The notes under the pieces were generated by a model. The model was not told the DNA's origin, ran no database searches, and was given only the letters and a program-made list of their open reading frames with translations. Positions 22,656 to 36,500 of a stretch of DNA of 64,000 nt are shown here, one piece after another (within the stretch, counting starts at the first letter, position 1; each line of letters starts with the position of its first letter). The DNA comes from Lama guanicoe. Taxonomy: Eukaryota. The translations under genes were made by a program, and so were the position numbers. The stretch covers positions 1,922,001 to 1,986,000 of the forward strand of contig MU053758.1 of the NCBI GenBank assembly GCA_013239625.1. Reading direction: 5' to 3'.

Positions 22656-25600
22656 GTGAGTCCTGCCTCGGGCGGGGGCTGGGGGCGCCTGGGCTGCCTC
22701 CCCGTCCTTCCATTCTGATACCCGCTCCAGGTGACCTGGCCCCATTCGATTCCCATTTTACAGAGAAGGCAACTGAGGCTTGAGAAGGGGAAGGGACTTT
22801 CCCAAGAGGCTAGTGGGAGGCTAGTTCAAACCCAGGAGAGCAAGCTTGTTCTTTCCATTGCTCCCTGCTGTGAAGGAGGGTTCCAGCAAGGTCTTTCAGG
22901 AAAAAGTGGCCTCCCCTGTTTCTGCTCAGTTGTGTTCTCTGCTTGGCCTCCCACATTTCTCTCTCCATAACAGCAGCTGCCTCCTCTCACCTGCCCAGTT
23001 GCAGAGGCTCTGGGCACTAGGCCTGGGGGCTCCTGGCTGCAGCCCTTTCTCGTCATTTCTTGACAAGTGGGGGCAACGTGAAGGCATGATAGCTTTCTTC
23101 CCTGTCTGGTGAGGGGACTGCCAAGACCCGGTGTCTTTTCCAGTGGAGCTGGTCTGGGATCTGTTCCTTCCCTACTGGGACCTACAGCCTGGTCTGCTGC
23201 GGGGAGGTAGATAGAGGTGGGGGTCCCCCATCCCAGAGGGATCCCTCCATCCCATCCCATGCATTTATAGAAAATGCAACACCTTCTGAATTCAGGTTGA
23301 CCACATGTGGGTCAGGACACACGCAGGACCTCAGCCACCCTACTAGGTGGGAGCTTCAGGAGGTCAAGTCACTTGAAGTAGGTGGCAAGATCCGTATTGG
23401 AGAAACTTCAGGATCTGACTTGAGTCCTTTTTTTTTTTTTAATATATATATTCTTAGTCAGGAGGCTTTCTGCAGCTGAAGTTCACCTAGAAGAGGAACT
23501 CTGGGACTTGTCTAGAAGGGGATGGGACCGTAAATCCCCCTCACTGTACTCCCCTCCCCTGCTAATACCACAGCCTTATCTCCTTGGAGGTTGGAGGATT
23601 CATCAGGCACTGATTGCCTAGGGGCTGCTCGATGCCCTCCTGTACCAGGTGCTTTGAAAACAGATTTCCACATTGCCGAGAAAATCTTAAACTGGAGAAG
23701 CTCCCTGAATGTCCCTGAATGTCGTCTCTTCTGGGAAGTTTGCCTGGGGTGGAGGGAGGGTCATAGCTCTCTCCTGGCTCCTCCCTCAGCTGCCCCTTCT
23801 CTCTTAACTTCCACTCATCCTTTTCCCCTACCAAACCCTCCCACCCCCCCAAGGGAAATGGGACATTCTTCAAATTCTTAAGGGCTCACACAAGCCTTGA
23901 TTCTCTGCCACTTCCTCCCTCTGTTGGGGAGTGGGGTGGGGTTCAGCAAAGCCAGAGGCCGGGGCAGTTAACCTCTTGACTGCTGGACCACTTCACGCTA
24001 AATTCTGGGCATCCAGGCTCCTTTGGGGGCCATTTTGGAGCCTCCACCCATCCAGGCAGGAGTCTGACTGAGCCTGGAACCCAGGGGGTGGTAGGGACTG
24101 GGGCTTCTTCACGGCTCTTCCTAAGACACCAGTAGCCTTGAAACCAGCGAGCACTGGGAGTTGGAGAAAGAAATCTGAGGTTTGTCCTTGTTTTCTTGAC
24201 GTTTTCTCAGCCTAGTGCCAAAGTCCCAGCTTACTTTTCTTGCCCTCTTCTGGGGAGACTGCAGCAGGTAGGGGTGGGGAACTCCAGCAGGGGTTGGGGG
24301 GCTTCCAGGGAAGGTGGAAGATGCTGTTTCCAACCCACCCAGTCTCTCTTCTGCCTCCAGCCAGAGAAGCAGTTTGACCCCTCACCATTCCCTCGGACTT
24401 TCCAGCCCTAGCCTCTGCCATGCTGAGTTGACCTTTGACCCAGCTGGGAAGGACCCTGGATAAGGGGCTGAAGACTTGGGGGATTTGTGGCCCAGCTGTG
24501 TTTCATTCCAGCTGCGATAGCAGCTTGCCCAAGGCAGCCACACTCCCTCAGCCAGTGTCTGCTGAGTGGTTAGTCTGTGCCAGTGGGCCAGATATGGGGA
24601 TTCCGGGATAACCCAGATGTGGGCCCGGCTTGCAAGGGGCGCCCTCTGAGCCTTGACTTTCCTGTGGTTAAAAGTCCCTACTCAGGGATGTTGGACCCTA
24701 GACCAAAAAGTTTTGAATCCCTGCTGTGTGCCAGGCGCTGTGCTGAGTGTTCACGCTCATCTCTTCCTGTTTTCTTCCTGCCTTTGGCTCCATCCCCTAG
24801 TAACATTCAGGTTTTCGAATCCTGGGGTTTCCAGGGTAGAGCTTTGCCCCAATTCCCAGCCTGGTCTTGCTTTGTGAAGCTCAGGCCTGGCTTTTCAGCA
24901 TCTGCCGCTCAAGACCCAGAGGGGCAGGTGATCGCTTCTGGCCCTTTGCCCGGGAGTTGAGCCCACCCAGTGAGTGAGTGCACGAGTTTGGTGTGCAGGA
25001 GGCCTCTACGATCTGCCTATTTCTGGCTTGTCCCTGAGCTGGGATCTCGCAGGGAGGCAGGCACGAGAGAAGGAAGCTGTCTGTCTCTCGCTGGTGGCTT
25101 CTCAGGACTGTGATTTAAGTTCTGGAAAGTGACTGTAAGCAGCAAAAAGGCCTCTTCTATTTTTCTCCTTGCACCAGACTTGTTTGGGGTGAGGTGGGGG
25201 AGAGAACACAGGCCAGAGCCCACAGCAGGCCTCCTGGGTGGTAGTGGGCCCCCAAGGACGTGCATTTGTGCACGTGCCTGTGCGTATCCAGACACACACA
25301 TGCCGCAGGCTATGGGGCCAGGGAAGAATGCCTAGGGGTCGAAATGAATAGACAGCGTTTGTGTCCGTGCTTCCCAGACCATGGCCACTGAGCATTGCTA
25401 CAGCAAGGTAGAGGTGAATATGCCTGCTTTTGCACAGTAGCCAACGATGGATTAACCACTGTTAATCAAATTTTTTTCTTGAAGCTTCCAGGTAGGTGGG
25501 GTGAGTCAGTTCCCTTGGTTAGAGGAATATGTATACTCTTTGTGATTTGTTTTGTAAATTACATTTTCCAAAAGTGGGGCCGACCTGTCCACACGTACAA

Positions 25601-28600
25601 ACTGTCTCCTTTGTCTCCATGCAAATAGTTGAGGGGCCTGGAGGTCACGGCAGGGTGGAGGGTGAGGAGGAATGTTCCTTCCCCCTTGGGGGCCATGAAG
25701 CAATGGAGGCTGCAGGCCCGAGACAGAGTTGCAGCCAGGGGACCCAGCTTTTGGGGTGTCAAGTGAGGAACAGACATGGGCTGGAAGAGAAAGAGGGGAT
25801 ACTCAATTGTACCTCGCCCCTCTCTACTGGCTGCAGATATTTGAGTTCTGTCCTTCGCTTGTCTTGAACTGTAGGCTGAGGAGTTGAGGAGGGTGGAGGT
25901 GTCCCTGGTTCTGCTCCTTCCCCTAAGCCTCAAAGAGTGGGGTGGGGCCTGCACTGGTGGATCTGGGTGCTCGGAGTGTCTCTATCCTAGCAAACTGTCT
26001 TGAATCCAGCTGCTCTTTGGGGATGGGGCAGTGGTGGGCAGATCCAGGACTGGGGTCTGGGGCTTTCCTGCCTCTCCAGAGTTCTCTGCCCCTGACTGGG
26101 AAAAACGGGATCAGATCTCTTGGGGAGCTGGAGGTAGCACCAGGAGAGAGAGTGGGAGGGTTGTGTGTGGTGTGTTTGGGATGGAGGATTTCAAAGGGGC
26201 ATCCACAGTGACCAGTGTGGCCTCTAGGAAGCCCCCAGCTCACTCTCACCCCCCTAATCCTTACACTCAAACGTCAGGGCCTCAAGGATCCTCAAGGATC
26301 ACTTTGCTTCCTAACACCCCATTTCATTGATGAGGAAACTGAGGCCCAGTGTTCCCATGCCTTACAAACTTGGCAGGATCATTTCTCTTTATGTAGTGCC
26401 ATTGGCTTTGATTTTTCATTTTGTCTATGACCCCTGAGGGCTGGTAAGTCCTTCTTCATGTCTAGCTTTGATCTTTTGGGCTGCTCATTTTTTTCCTCTG
26501 GTCAAACAATGCCTCTTTGTTGCTTCCTGTTTCCATCATTTCAGCCCTTTAGGCCTGGGGAACTGGTGAGAAACTGGGTTAGAATGGATCCCCCCCTCTA
26601 CCGCTTGCCCATGGGCAGTGCTCCCAGCAGGGGAATCAGTAGCTCCTTCCAGAGGCAGGATGTAGGGGCTGTGGGTTTTTTTTCCCCTTTTGGTAAAACC
26701 AAAGGCTCCTTGTTGCTTTTGTTGATGTATTTTTGTTCCTCCTTGAACAAAAAGCTGTGGTTTTTGAAGGGGTCTAAGGCTGGAAGCAGCAAGGTTGCCT
26801 GTAGAAGGGGGAGCTGGGCTTCCTGGATATCTGGTCTGTTCTTGTTCTGCTTCTGAAATGCAGCAAATGGTAGGGCTGGGAGTGGGGCTTTGCCCTACAA
26901 GCTGTCCCTGTCACCAGGAAGCCCCAGCAGGAGCCTTGTAGCTTCTCAGCATCCTTCCTGTCCTCATCGTCCCTCCAAGCAGGAAGGTGATGCAGAGGTC
27001 CTCAGGGATAATCCTGAGGGGCAGAGGCACCCCTTCTCCTGCATCCCCGTTGGTCATTGTCTGGACTCTTGAGATCCTGCTTTAGAAATGTTTTAAGGAG
27101 TAGGCGGCTCCTGACTGGGAGTGGCTGACAGACCCCAGAGGAGTCTCTCATAATAGCCAAGCTTGGAAACCAGTTGGGTTTGAAAGGGGAAGTACTTTGT
27201 TCTCCATACACCCAAGCAAGCAAATCTTTGTCTTGAGTAGGGAGTGAGCTGGGGTCCACTTGAGAGAGGGATGTCAGCCTGCCCTTACGGGCATTTGTGG
27301 TGTGGGGGAGAGTGCATTGGGTCAGGTCTCTCTGTCCTTGACACTGAGCCTCAGTTTCTTTATCTGTAAAGCGGGCACAGTGACATCGCCTGCCTTTTCT
27401 AGCCCACAGCCTTGCGGCAGGTTTCAAGACAGAATGTGCGCAGGATACAATATATCAAGAAGCTGCTTTGTGTGCCTCTAAGTTCTCCTAGAAGCCTAGG
27501 CTACTGCGGACAGCTGCCTGATGGCCCTGTCTGTCCCTGTGCTTGCCCTAATGGATGCTGGTTCCTGTCCCCTGCCCCCCCAGGCTTCCTGTCCTCGTGG
27601 GCTCTCCATGCCTGTCTCTTCCCCAGAGCAGCTGATGCTGCTGTGGAGGGTGGGGAGGGGCATCCGCAGAGGGCCCACCGCTTGGAATGACTAACAGGGG
27701 GCCGGGTGCAGACTGGCCCACAGAAAGGACAAAGAACAGCTGTGCTCTGGACCCAGCTTCAGGCCAGAGCTGGGATGCCCAGTTCTCCCCACCCTGGCCC
27801 CTCGTTTCTTCACCATGGCCCAGTCTGTTGGTGGGGCTGGCTGGGACAGGGGGTCCCCCTCTTCTGTCTTAGCGCCTACATTGGGATACACAGGCATCCA
27901 TTCATCTTGACTGGGATCTGAGGATAATGGGTCGGGGAGCTTCAACCTGAGGATAGAGACGAGGGGGAAAGGTAGAATTCCCAGCAATTGTTTCTGGAAG
28001 GAGGTCAAATCCTGGAGCCCTCTTGGAAGGCAGTCATGTTGGTGGGGGAGGGACACAGCACCAGTCTTCTTGTGTCCTGCCTTCTATAAGCAAACCCGGG
28101 GCACCCGTCTTCCTCCCCGAAATTGTCTACAAGGATCCTGCAGACACAGTCTTCTGGTTTTGCCCTCATGGGCTCCTCTGCAGTTGAGGACACCCGTGCT
28201 ATCTGTCTCTTCCCCCACCCCCACAGTCTCTGTCTGCCCGCTCTCGCCCTGCTGCTCTCCTGCCTGGAGCTGAGGATGAGGTTGCCATGGGAACCCAAAG
28301 CGCAGTGAGCAGGGGAAGGGAAAGGCAGAGTTGTCTCGCCAGGGCTGGGGGCAGTGGGGAGGGGACAGGGTTGACCCAGCAGGAGGAATATAGCTGGTGC
28401 TCATGTCTGCCTGCCTTCCTCTGGCCTGGGGTCGGGGTTTAGGGGGCAGAGGTAAGAGACTGGAGGCTCTGGAGCCCCTCTTTAATCTGTTTTAATCTGA
28501 TACAGGCTTAAAATCCCCCTCCTCCTCCCACCAGATTAAGCTGAGTCAACATCTAGGCTGGGCCCCCTTTCCCTTCTGATGGAATTAGTGTTCTGGCGGT

Positions 28601-30185
28601 GGGGGGCTGAGATCTGGGGGTCATGATGGGTCCAAAGAGAGGATGAAATACCTGCCAACCCCATCCAGAGGCACCCGCTGCCCGTTGGGTGTGCTCCTGA
28701 GACCCTGCTGAGACCCTCCTGGTGGAGTGTAGGAGCTGTGTGAATGTGGACCTGCTGGCCGCGGTGTCTGGGAGACATGCGTCGCTGCAGAGAACCCGTG
28801 TATATATTCGTGTGTGAGGAATCACACTGAGTGTGCGGGAGCCTCGGATTTGTGGTGTGGGGGCGCGTCAGGTGCGCATGTCTGGCTGACCTTGGGCTGC
28901 TGGAGCTGGCACTCCGTTTTAACCCTGTACATTCAGGCAAATAGGAAACCCTGCGTGTGCAGGCTGGCTCCCATGTGCATGTGTTTGCTGAGCCTGGCAG
29001 GCACACTTCCCCACCAAATGCTAACCAGTGCAATCTTCTCAGAACTGACCCTTCAGGTTCTGGGCCAGAGCTTCCCTGAAGGTCTCCTCTGTCCCTCTGC
29101 TTCAGGACCTAACCTCCATTTTGTGCCACATGAATCTCTACAGATGCTCACCACACTCCCCTACCCCCCAACCCTTGATGCCTTCATAATGTCTCTGATT
29201 TGGTGAGAGTCACCCCCCAAGCCTGCCTCCTAGGACCTCAGGGCCAGCCAGTTCTGTTAGAGATCTTACTTAGATCCCTCCTGCTGTTCTCTTTCTAGTC
29301 TCCAGGAACAGACTCCCGGTTGGTCCTCCGTTTCCCTGGAACTGCTCAGGACTTTTGAATGCAGCTCCTCAGCAGTGGGTGGAGCTGGGCCAAGCTTGGG
29401 GACTGGACCCACAGCCTAGGCCCCACATTCATCCATGGGCCATTTCTATTGCCAGCTGCAGGCACCTGTGTTTGCTTTTAAGTCTCTGCTCTTCCTCCTC
29501 CTCTGCTCGGGGAGCCGTGGGCCTGGCTGCTCTGGGAGGCAGGACCCAGGTGGGGCAGTGGAGGCTTGGAGCACAGCTGGAATCCCCTTGCTGTGATTCT
29601 AGTTCCAAGATAGTGGCACTAGCCCAGAGGGTAAAAAGATTTGCCAAAGTCACCCTGTGAGATAGTGGCAGAGCCACCGTCCTGCACTGTGCTCTTTATA
29701 GTCACATCCCCCTTGGTTGACTTTTCCAGACCTCAAGTCCTACCCTTGACAGCAGGAAGTTTTGTGGGATTACTGACAGTTCTGGCTCAGGGCGGGGCAG
29801 GTAGCTGGAAAACATGCCAGGCTTGGTGAAGCACACAGAGCGGGGAGGGTGGCTGGAAGTAGGCAATCTGCCTCTTACCTGGGGACAGCCTGTGAGTCAG
29901 GCATCTGCCAGCAGTCACAGTTGTGGTGAGGTGTGGTCACCCAGCGCTAAAAATGGCCAGACCTTGGCTGCTGCCCTGAGAAGCCACCCACCAGTCCTGA
30001 AATTGTTGGGGCCCATGTGGGCCCCCGGCCATTTTTTGTACCATCACCTACACACAAACCACAGTGCCTCAGGGCTGCCTCTCCTTTAGCTGGTTTGCTG
30101 GAGACTTTGTGTTGACCCAGTGGGATGTAGGAGACCCGAGTTCTAGTCCTGGCCCAACTGGTAGGACATTTGTTTATTCAACAAA

Positions 30186-30277
30186 ATTTTTTTTTGTAGT
30201 GGAGGTACTGGAGATTAAACCCGGACCTCGCACATGCTAAGCATGCACTCTACCACTGAGCTATATCCTTCCCTCTC
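30186..30277 (-). mobile_element. tRNA-Ala-derived SINE (Vic-1 type) inserted into an L2 3' end
   Basis: SINE body with poly-T. TSD attcaacaaa at 30176-30185 and 30278-30287. Confidence 0.87.
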
Positions 30278-31568
30278 ATTCAACAAATTTATTGAATTAA
30301 ACACCAGGTACTATTTTGGGAGCTTAGGATCAATCAATGAGCAAGAGACCAAGAACCCCCTCACCTCATAGAGAAATGGAGAGAGAAAACAATAAACCGA
30401 TGCAATAAATAATTATGAAGTCAGCTAAGTGCTAAGTGCCTGGCGCCAGCACACCGCTTCCTCCTCTGGGAAATGAGGGGGTTGGACCGGATGGTCCTGG
30501 AGGTCCCCGCAGGCTTGGCTCTGACAGTTGCCCTGGCTCCTGCTACCGCCAAGGCAGCCCTCTTTTTGGGGGACAGACTATGGTCTGTCCTGTGTCTAAG
30601 ACTGGAAGGTTTGATGCAGGGTGCTGGGTCCTGGGAGATTGTTTGGATACAAATCTGGATGCTATCCTTTATTGGCCCTGTGCCTTGGCCACATTTTTTA
30701 ACCTTTCCAAGCCGCTGTTCTCCCATCTGTCAAAGGGGAACAATAGGGTGGTTGTGAGAATTTGATGAACTAAGGCATGGACACCCAGGGCAAACGTCAA
30801 CAGTGGTTACAGTATTGTTATCTGTCACCCGTAGGTGACCTCTTTTTTGGCCTCAAGCTGATCTCCCACCTACCTTCCAGTTAAGCTGGACCATGTTAGC
30901 CCTCTGAAACACCATTCTGAATGTGTGCATTTTTTTCTCTTACTGCCTTTTCCAGGAAGCCTCCCTGGATATGCATGTCCCTTTACTCTTGACTTCTGTC
31001 TCTTTATTCCTCCTGCCCTTCCTCTGCTTGATTGGTCTCTTTTTTTTTAATTTGAAGTGTAGTTGATTTACAATGTTGTGTTAGTTTCAGGTAGCCAGCA
31101 AAATGATCCAGTTACACATACTTTTTTTTCAGATTTTTTTCCCATTATAGCATATTACAAGATATTGAATGTTGGTCTCCATCTCTGGTCTCAGCTGAAA
31201 GCTTTGTCCTGACCCCGTGGGCATCTTCTCCCCAGTCTGGCTAGGCCCTCTTGGGTACCTGGCCTCCTTGACCCTGTGCAGTAGACATGGATTATCCCCA
31301 AACAAGAGTGATCTGACCCCCTTAGAGAGTGTCCTCCTGGCCTCCCTTTGGAGTTCCTGGTGGCTAGCCCGCCACTCAGGCCTGATGTGTCTTCCCAGTT
31401 TAGTCCAGGCTGAGTCTGAGAAACACTTGCTTCCCCTTGTCTATAGGCGGTGGGCACTGTGGTCCTAATGCTGGGGCAGAGGCCATCCAAGGATAAGAGG
31501 ATAAAAAGTCCAGGGGTTCCCACCCTTTCGCCCACAGTGACCCCCTACTCTTTTTTTCTGTGCTGCAG

Positions 31569-31653
31569 ACACTACCCCAAGCAGTCTTTCACCATGGTGG
31601 CTGACACCCCGGAAAACCTCCGCCTCAAGCAACAGAGTGAGCTCCAGAGTCAG
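31569..31653 (+). CDS. LASP1: LASP1 coding exon 3 (85 bp), nebulin repeat 1
   Basis: ctgcag|[35 protein letters not shown]|gtgag. Confidence 0.97.
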
Positions 31654-33518
31654 GTGAGGGGGCGGGGCTGGCACTGGGGCCTGGCCTGTGCGGGAGGGGT
31701 ACCCTGGATTTGGTAACCCCTGGATTTGGCAAGGGATCCTTCCCTCTGTGGTTGCTCAGCAAGGTCAAGGTGCTGAATTCCTAGCACCTGCCTAGTCTCC
31801 CCACCCCAGCTCCCACCCCGTGTGACTTCAGATTTCCTGACTTCATCAGAGGTATGGGTGAGGTAGGCAGGTATTCCACCATCACCCCTCCTGCCCCGCT
31901 TCCTATCTAAAATAGGGCCCCTAAAGCCCACCTCCTCCAGGAAGCTGGTCTCCTCTCCCTCCTCTCTACTCACACCTACCCTCAAAGGAGGGCACTCGCC
32001 TCTCCAGGCTCAAGCTAGTCCGAGGTTATATGGTCTACCCTCTACTCCGAGGGCAGGCTGAGAAGAGGGCCTGGCTCCGGGGGTCTTGTCCTGCCTGTGT
32101 CTCCTTGGGCCTGATTTTCCTGAGCGCGTGCCAGGTGGGGAGCAGTGCACACCACGGCCGCAGGGGAGGAGGCAGGATTCCTGCCCCAGGGAGAACTCTG
32201 GGGACACTGGGGGGTAAGCAAAAGGTCTGGAGTTTTTAGACTAGAACGACTGATCCTGCCTGGGGCTCTGAGAGGGCTTCTGGGACAAGCCTGGCCTGGA
32301 CTGTTGGCCAATGGGGTAGGTAGGGGTTTAGCAAAGACTCCTTGGGGAACTTAACTAGGTGGCCAGGATGCCCAGGGCAGGGAAAACGTCTTGGAGGATA
32401 CACCTGGGCCTCAGAGGGGGATCTCTCCTGATCCCTCCAGAGTGGGCGTCTGCTGCCTGATCTTGTTGTGACTTCTCTGGGTCCCTGTCTCCCAGGGGGT
32501 CACATGAGGGAGGAGCAGCCCTGGGTCATCTAGGGCTTTCCATGTATTCTCTCACTTAATCCTCCCAGCAACCCTGTGAGGAAGGTGCTGATTTTCCCAC
32601 TGTATGGATGAGGAAACTGAGGCTCAGAGATGGTAAGGGACTTGCTAAGATCACACAGGTAGGTAGCAGTAGAGGTAATCATCGTAGTAATAGCTGACAT
32701 ATGGAGCGCTCAACGCCCTGGCGCCTCCAGTCCTCCCGGCAGCTCTGTGCAGCCCTGGGCAGGATCGGTCTCACTTTACGGAAGAGGAAATAAATGCTGA
32801 TGGCTGAGTGCCGGTTTGTCTAACTCTTGAGACTTGTGTTCTTTCCAGTTTTCCACCCAGCTCCCTCAGGAGAACTATCTCTAGCGTAACAATAAACACC
32901 AGACTTCCTTACGCTGGTGAGAACTTTTATAGCTTAGCAAGCACTTCAGTTACTTTTTAGTTATTTCGTCTCATTTATCCTTGACCCGACTCCAGTGGTC
33001 AGACGAGGGAACCAAGGTGCTGAGAGGCACCCGACTTTGCCTGTTGACACACACCCTGAGTGAGGTTTCAGGATCTGCTGTATTTTTCATTCCTGAGTAC
33101 AGTGACCTTGACCTCTCCCATGTGTCCTATGGTGATGGGGAGTGAGCTGGGGAAGCAGCAGCTCCCATCTGCCAGCCCAGACCCCACCCCGCTGTGTTGT
33201 GAAAGCCACAGTCACTCGGGGAGCCCGCGTGGGTACCAGACCCCTGCCAACTGAGGAGGACTGGTGGCCTAGCTGGCAGGAAGTTTTGAGACAGTTCTGG
33301 GGCTGGGGCCTGGTCTGCACAGGGAAGATTCTGGCCAGACTCTCACCAGGCCCTGATGCCGCCCTGGCCTCCCCATCCTGTAGGGAGCCCACTGGGGCCA
33401 GAGGTGGAGGGGGCTTCAAGGGGCAGGCAGACCAGAGCATCGTGGGGTAACTTTACTCACCACACAGCTTGAGAGGAGTGTGGGAGTGCGTGCATACACT
33501 CAGGCAGAGGCAAGGTGG

Positions 33519-33548
33519 ACACACACACACACACACACACACACACCC
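33519..33548. repeat. (AC)n microsatellite
   Basis: Uninterrupted acacac run of about 15 units. Confidence 0.9.
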
Positions 33549-36500
33549 CTACTCTCAGGAGAAATTCAAACCCTGCTAATTCCCTCAGCCTTTGTTGTTC
33601 CCACAAAAGCTGGGCTGCAGCTCTTTTGGCCTCTGGAAACTGATTCCTGAGGGGCATGGTCTGGGTCTGTAGGAGGAAGCACCCCTGCCAGGGTCAGAAG
33701 GCCCCTCTGCCCCACCTGTGCCCCTGGTCCCCCTGGGCCCTGGCCTGCTGCTCACCTCCTGGGTCCTGGGTTCCTGTCTCTCTAGTGTGTGTTGGGGGGT
33801 GGGGTGGGGGTAGAATCCTGAGAATGGCTGTCACTCTTAAGTAGGTCCTCGGGGGCGGGGTGGTGGGGAGTCAGGCCAGACCTCATTTAATCCTCACAAC
33901 CACCTGATGAAGGAGGGACTCTTGTCCCCATGGTGCAGAAGGGGACACTGTATAGAGAGGCAATGCCCTTTGCCAGAGCCCCATGACAGGTGGCAGAAGT
34001 GAAGCCCTTTGCTCTTAGCTCTTCTGCAGCCTGCTGTGGCTCTCAGCCTGGTGCTTTCACCCACAATATGCACCAGTTACGGAGGCAGGGGTGGGGTTCA
34101 GGTTGTAGAATGCAGAATCCTAGGCCCCACCCAAGGGGCTTGTGGTTGGCAGTTCTGCGCAGGGCCCTGGAATCTGCATTTTGGCTGCCCTGGTGATTCT
34201 GGTGAGAGATTTCAGTCCCCCAGCCATGCTTTGAGAGGCTTGGAGCCAGGCTCTGGGGTAGGGAGGGAACTGCTGGGAGGGGTGTGAGTTAGGGCTCTGC
34301 ATTGAGGCCACAGCTCTCATCCTCTGCAGTTGGGCTCCTGGAGGCTGGGGCTTGAGGCTGGGATAGGCAGAGGGTAGAGACTTGGACTCCTGCTCTCTTT
34401 ATAAGCCGGGTTCTGTCTCCCCTGTCCCCCCAGCTACATTCTCTGAGTCTGGCCCCTTGCCTCTCAGAGCTTTTTTTCCCTGCCTGGTAAAGTAGGGACA
34501 GCAAGCCCAGTAGCCTAGAGGTCGGGGGGTGCTGGGCCCGATGCTCTGAGGCTTGGAAGGGCTGAGTGGGCCTGGCTGGGGGCGGTGATGTTCTGGTTCC
34601 TGTGGCCCCTGTGGGGGCAGGGCTGGCTGGCAAAGCCTGTGGCTGGCGCGAAGGGAAGTGGGAGCCTCCTCTGCCTACCCTGCCCCACCCCACCCGGGTG
34701 TCAGCTGGTCTCTTTCCAGGCTCTTTCTTGGGCCTGAACTGGTGTGTCTCTTCTCAGTCTCTGGGAAGTTGCCTGTGCTATTTCAACTTTGTTTGTTTTC
34801 CTGTCTCTAGATTGGTTCCTGAAGTGGTACTTTGGGTGTCTGAGACACCTGGAGCCTTCCCTGTGGGGGCGGTAACCACAAAGCTGACCAGAAATGACCC
34901 TCTGGGTGGTCCTGCCCAGGCCTGCCTGAGGCAGGGTGCGGGTGGCTGGGGCTGAGCCACCCCTGACCCCCACCCCTCCCCTGCGGGGCAGCTCTCCCAC
35001 CCCCAGCCCTGGGGCTGAGTAGAGGCAGCAGCTTAGGTAGGACTGACCTGGGGGTGTGTGCGGCTCAGGCAGAAATGCGAGGAAAAGTTCTCTCATTTTT
35101 CCCTCATCATCATGCCTCCATGGTGCTGTGCATTCGAAATGCCACAGGAGGCAGGAGAGTGTAGCAGAGTCCCATACCCTGCCCTGCTTTCGGCAGGGTT
35201 CCCACTCTTATCTTGAATCTTGTGACCAACAAGGCAGGCAGCATACCTGTGTCACTCTTACCTGGGCCAGCTGAAGGTCAAATCCTGGATCTGCCATCAC
35301 TAGCTATGTGACCTTGGGCAAGTTATTTAACCTCTCTGAGCCTTAGTGCCTTCATTTATAAAGTGCGGAGTACCCCGGTCTAAAGGTTTTTGTGAGGATG
35401 TTAGTATACATTAGGCATTTAGAACAGTTCCTGACATACAGTCAATACTCAATAAATGTTCACTGGTACTGTTCTCCCAGAAAGAAGAAGAAATGGAACT
35501 CGGGTGTAATAAAGCTGAGAAATACTAGACCTTCTGGTGATTGCTTCCAGAACTGATCTTTTTCATTAGCTCTCCTCCCATCTGTGTGTGCCTAATTTTA
35601 AAACTGATTTCTTTTTTGTTAGAAGGGGGTGGGTAACAGAGTACGTGGGTCCAGCACATAGTAGGCACATAAGAAGTGGAAATTGTTGGTATCATATTTT
35701 TTCAATAATTTTTTTTAAGTCATGATGTTTCCTATTATGTTGGGTCAGCAAGGCAGTTATTTTCCAAATTATACAGCCTGTTTGGAGATTTTGTGTCTAC
35801 ATTCAGTTTATTCATCATTCACCCAACAAACACTTACTTGTACCTACTGTTTGCTGGCGTGAGTGATGAACAAGATATATCCTGGGAGAATAATTAATAA
35901 ATCTGTGTAGAAAAAGTAGAGTTTTGTGGGTGGTGGTTGTTCAGGCCTGTGGAGCCTCAGGCATCATCCTGGCCCTGCCTGGGGAGTTTCCAGAATGGGA
36001 GGTGCTGGCAGCTCCCAGGTAAGAGTCATCAAGCAGTAGTGCTAAATGCCAACCCTACCTACAAAGCAGGTTGAGTAACCTTGGGCAGGTAATGTCCCTC
36101 CGCAGAGAACCCCGTTGGTCCTGGTGATGTAACCCTAATGGGCTCCAGGCAGAAACCTCCTCATACTCCTGGTTCCCCACCTTTTAACTCTGCAACCCAC
36201 TCCAGCTCCAAATGGCCTCTCGGAGAATCTTCTCCACCTTGATTCTCCTTAGTCAGGACCTGCAGGTGCTTAAAAATGGTCATAAACTCCAGAGCTGGGG
36301 GGGATTTTAGAGATCAGCTGGCCAGCCCCTGTCAGGGGACCCAGAGAGGGGGACTGACTTGCCCAGGAACACACAGCAAAGTAGTGCTGAGCCCAGGCCT
36401 CCATCCTTTCTTGGCCCCCACTCCTCCAAGCCCCACCCTCTCTGGGCCGCCTGTGCCAGGAGTGAAATGAATTATCCTTCCCAAGCAGGGAGGGAGAGGC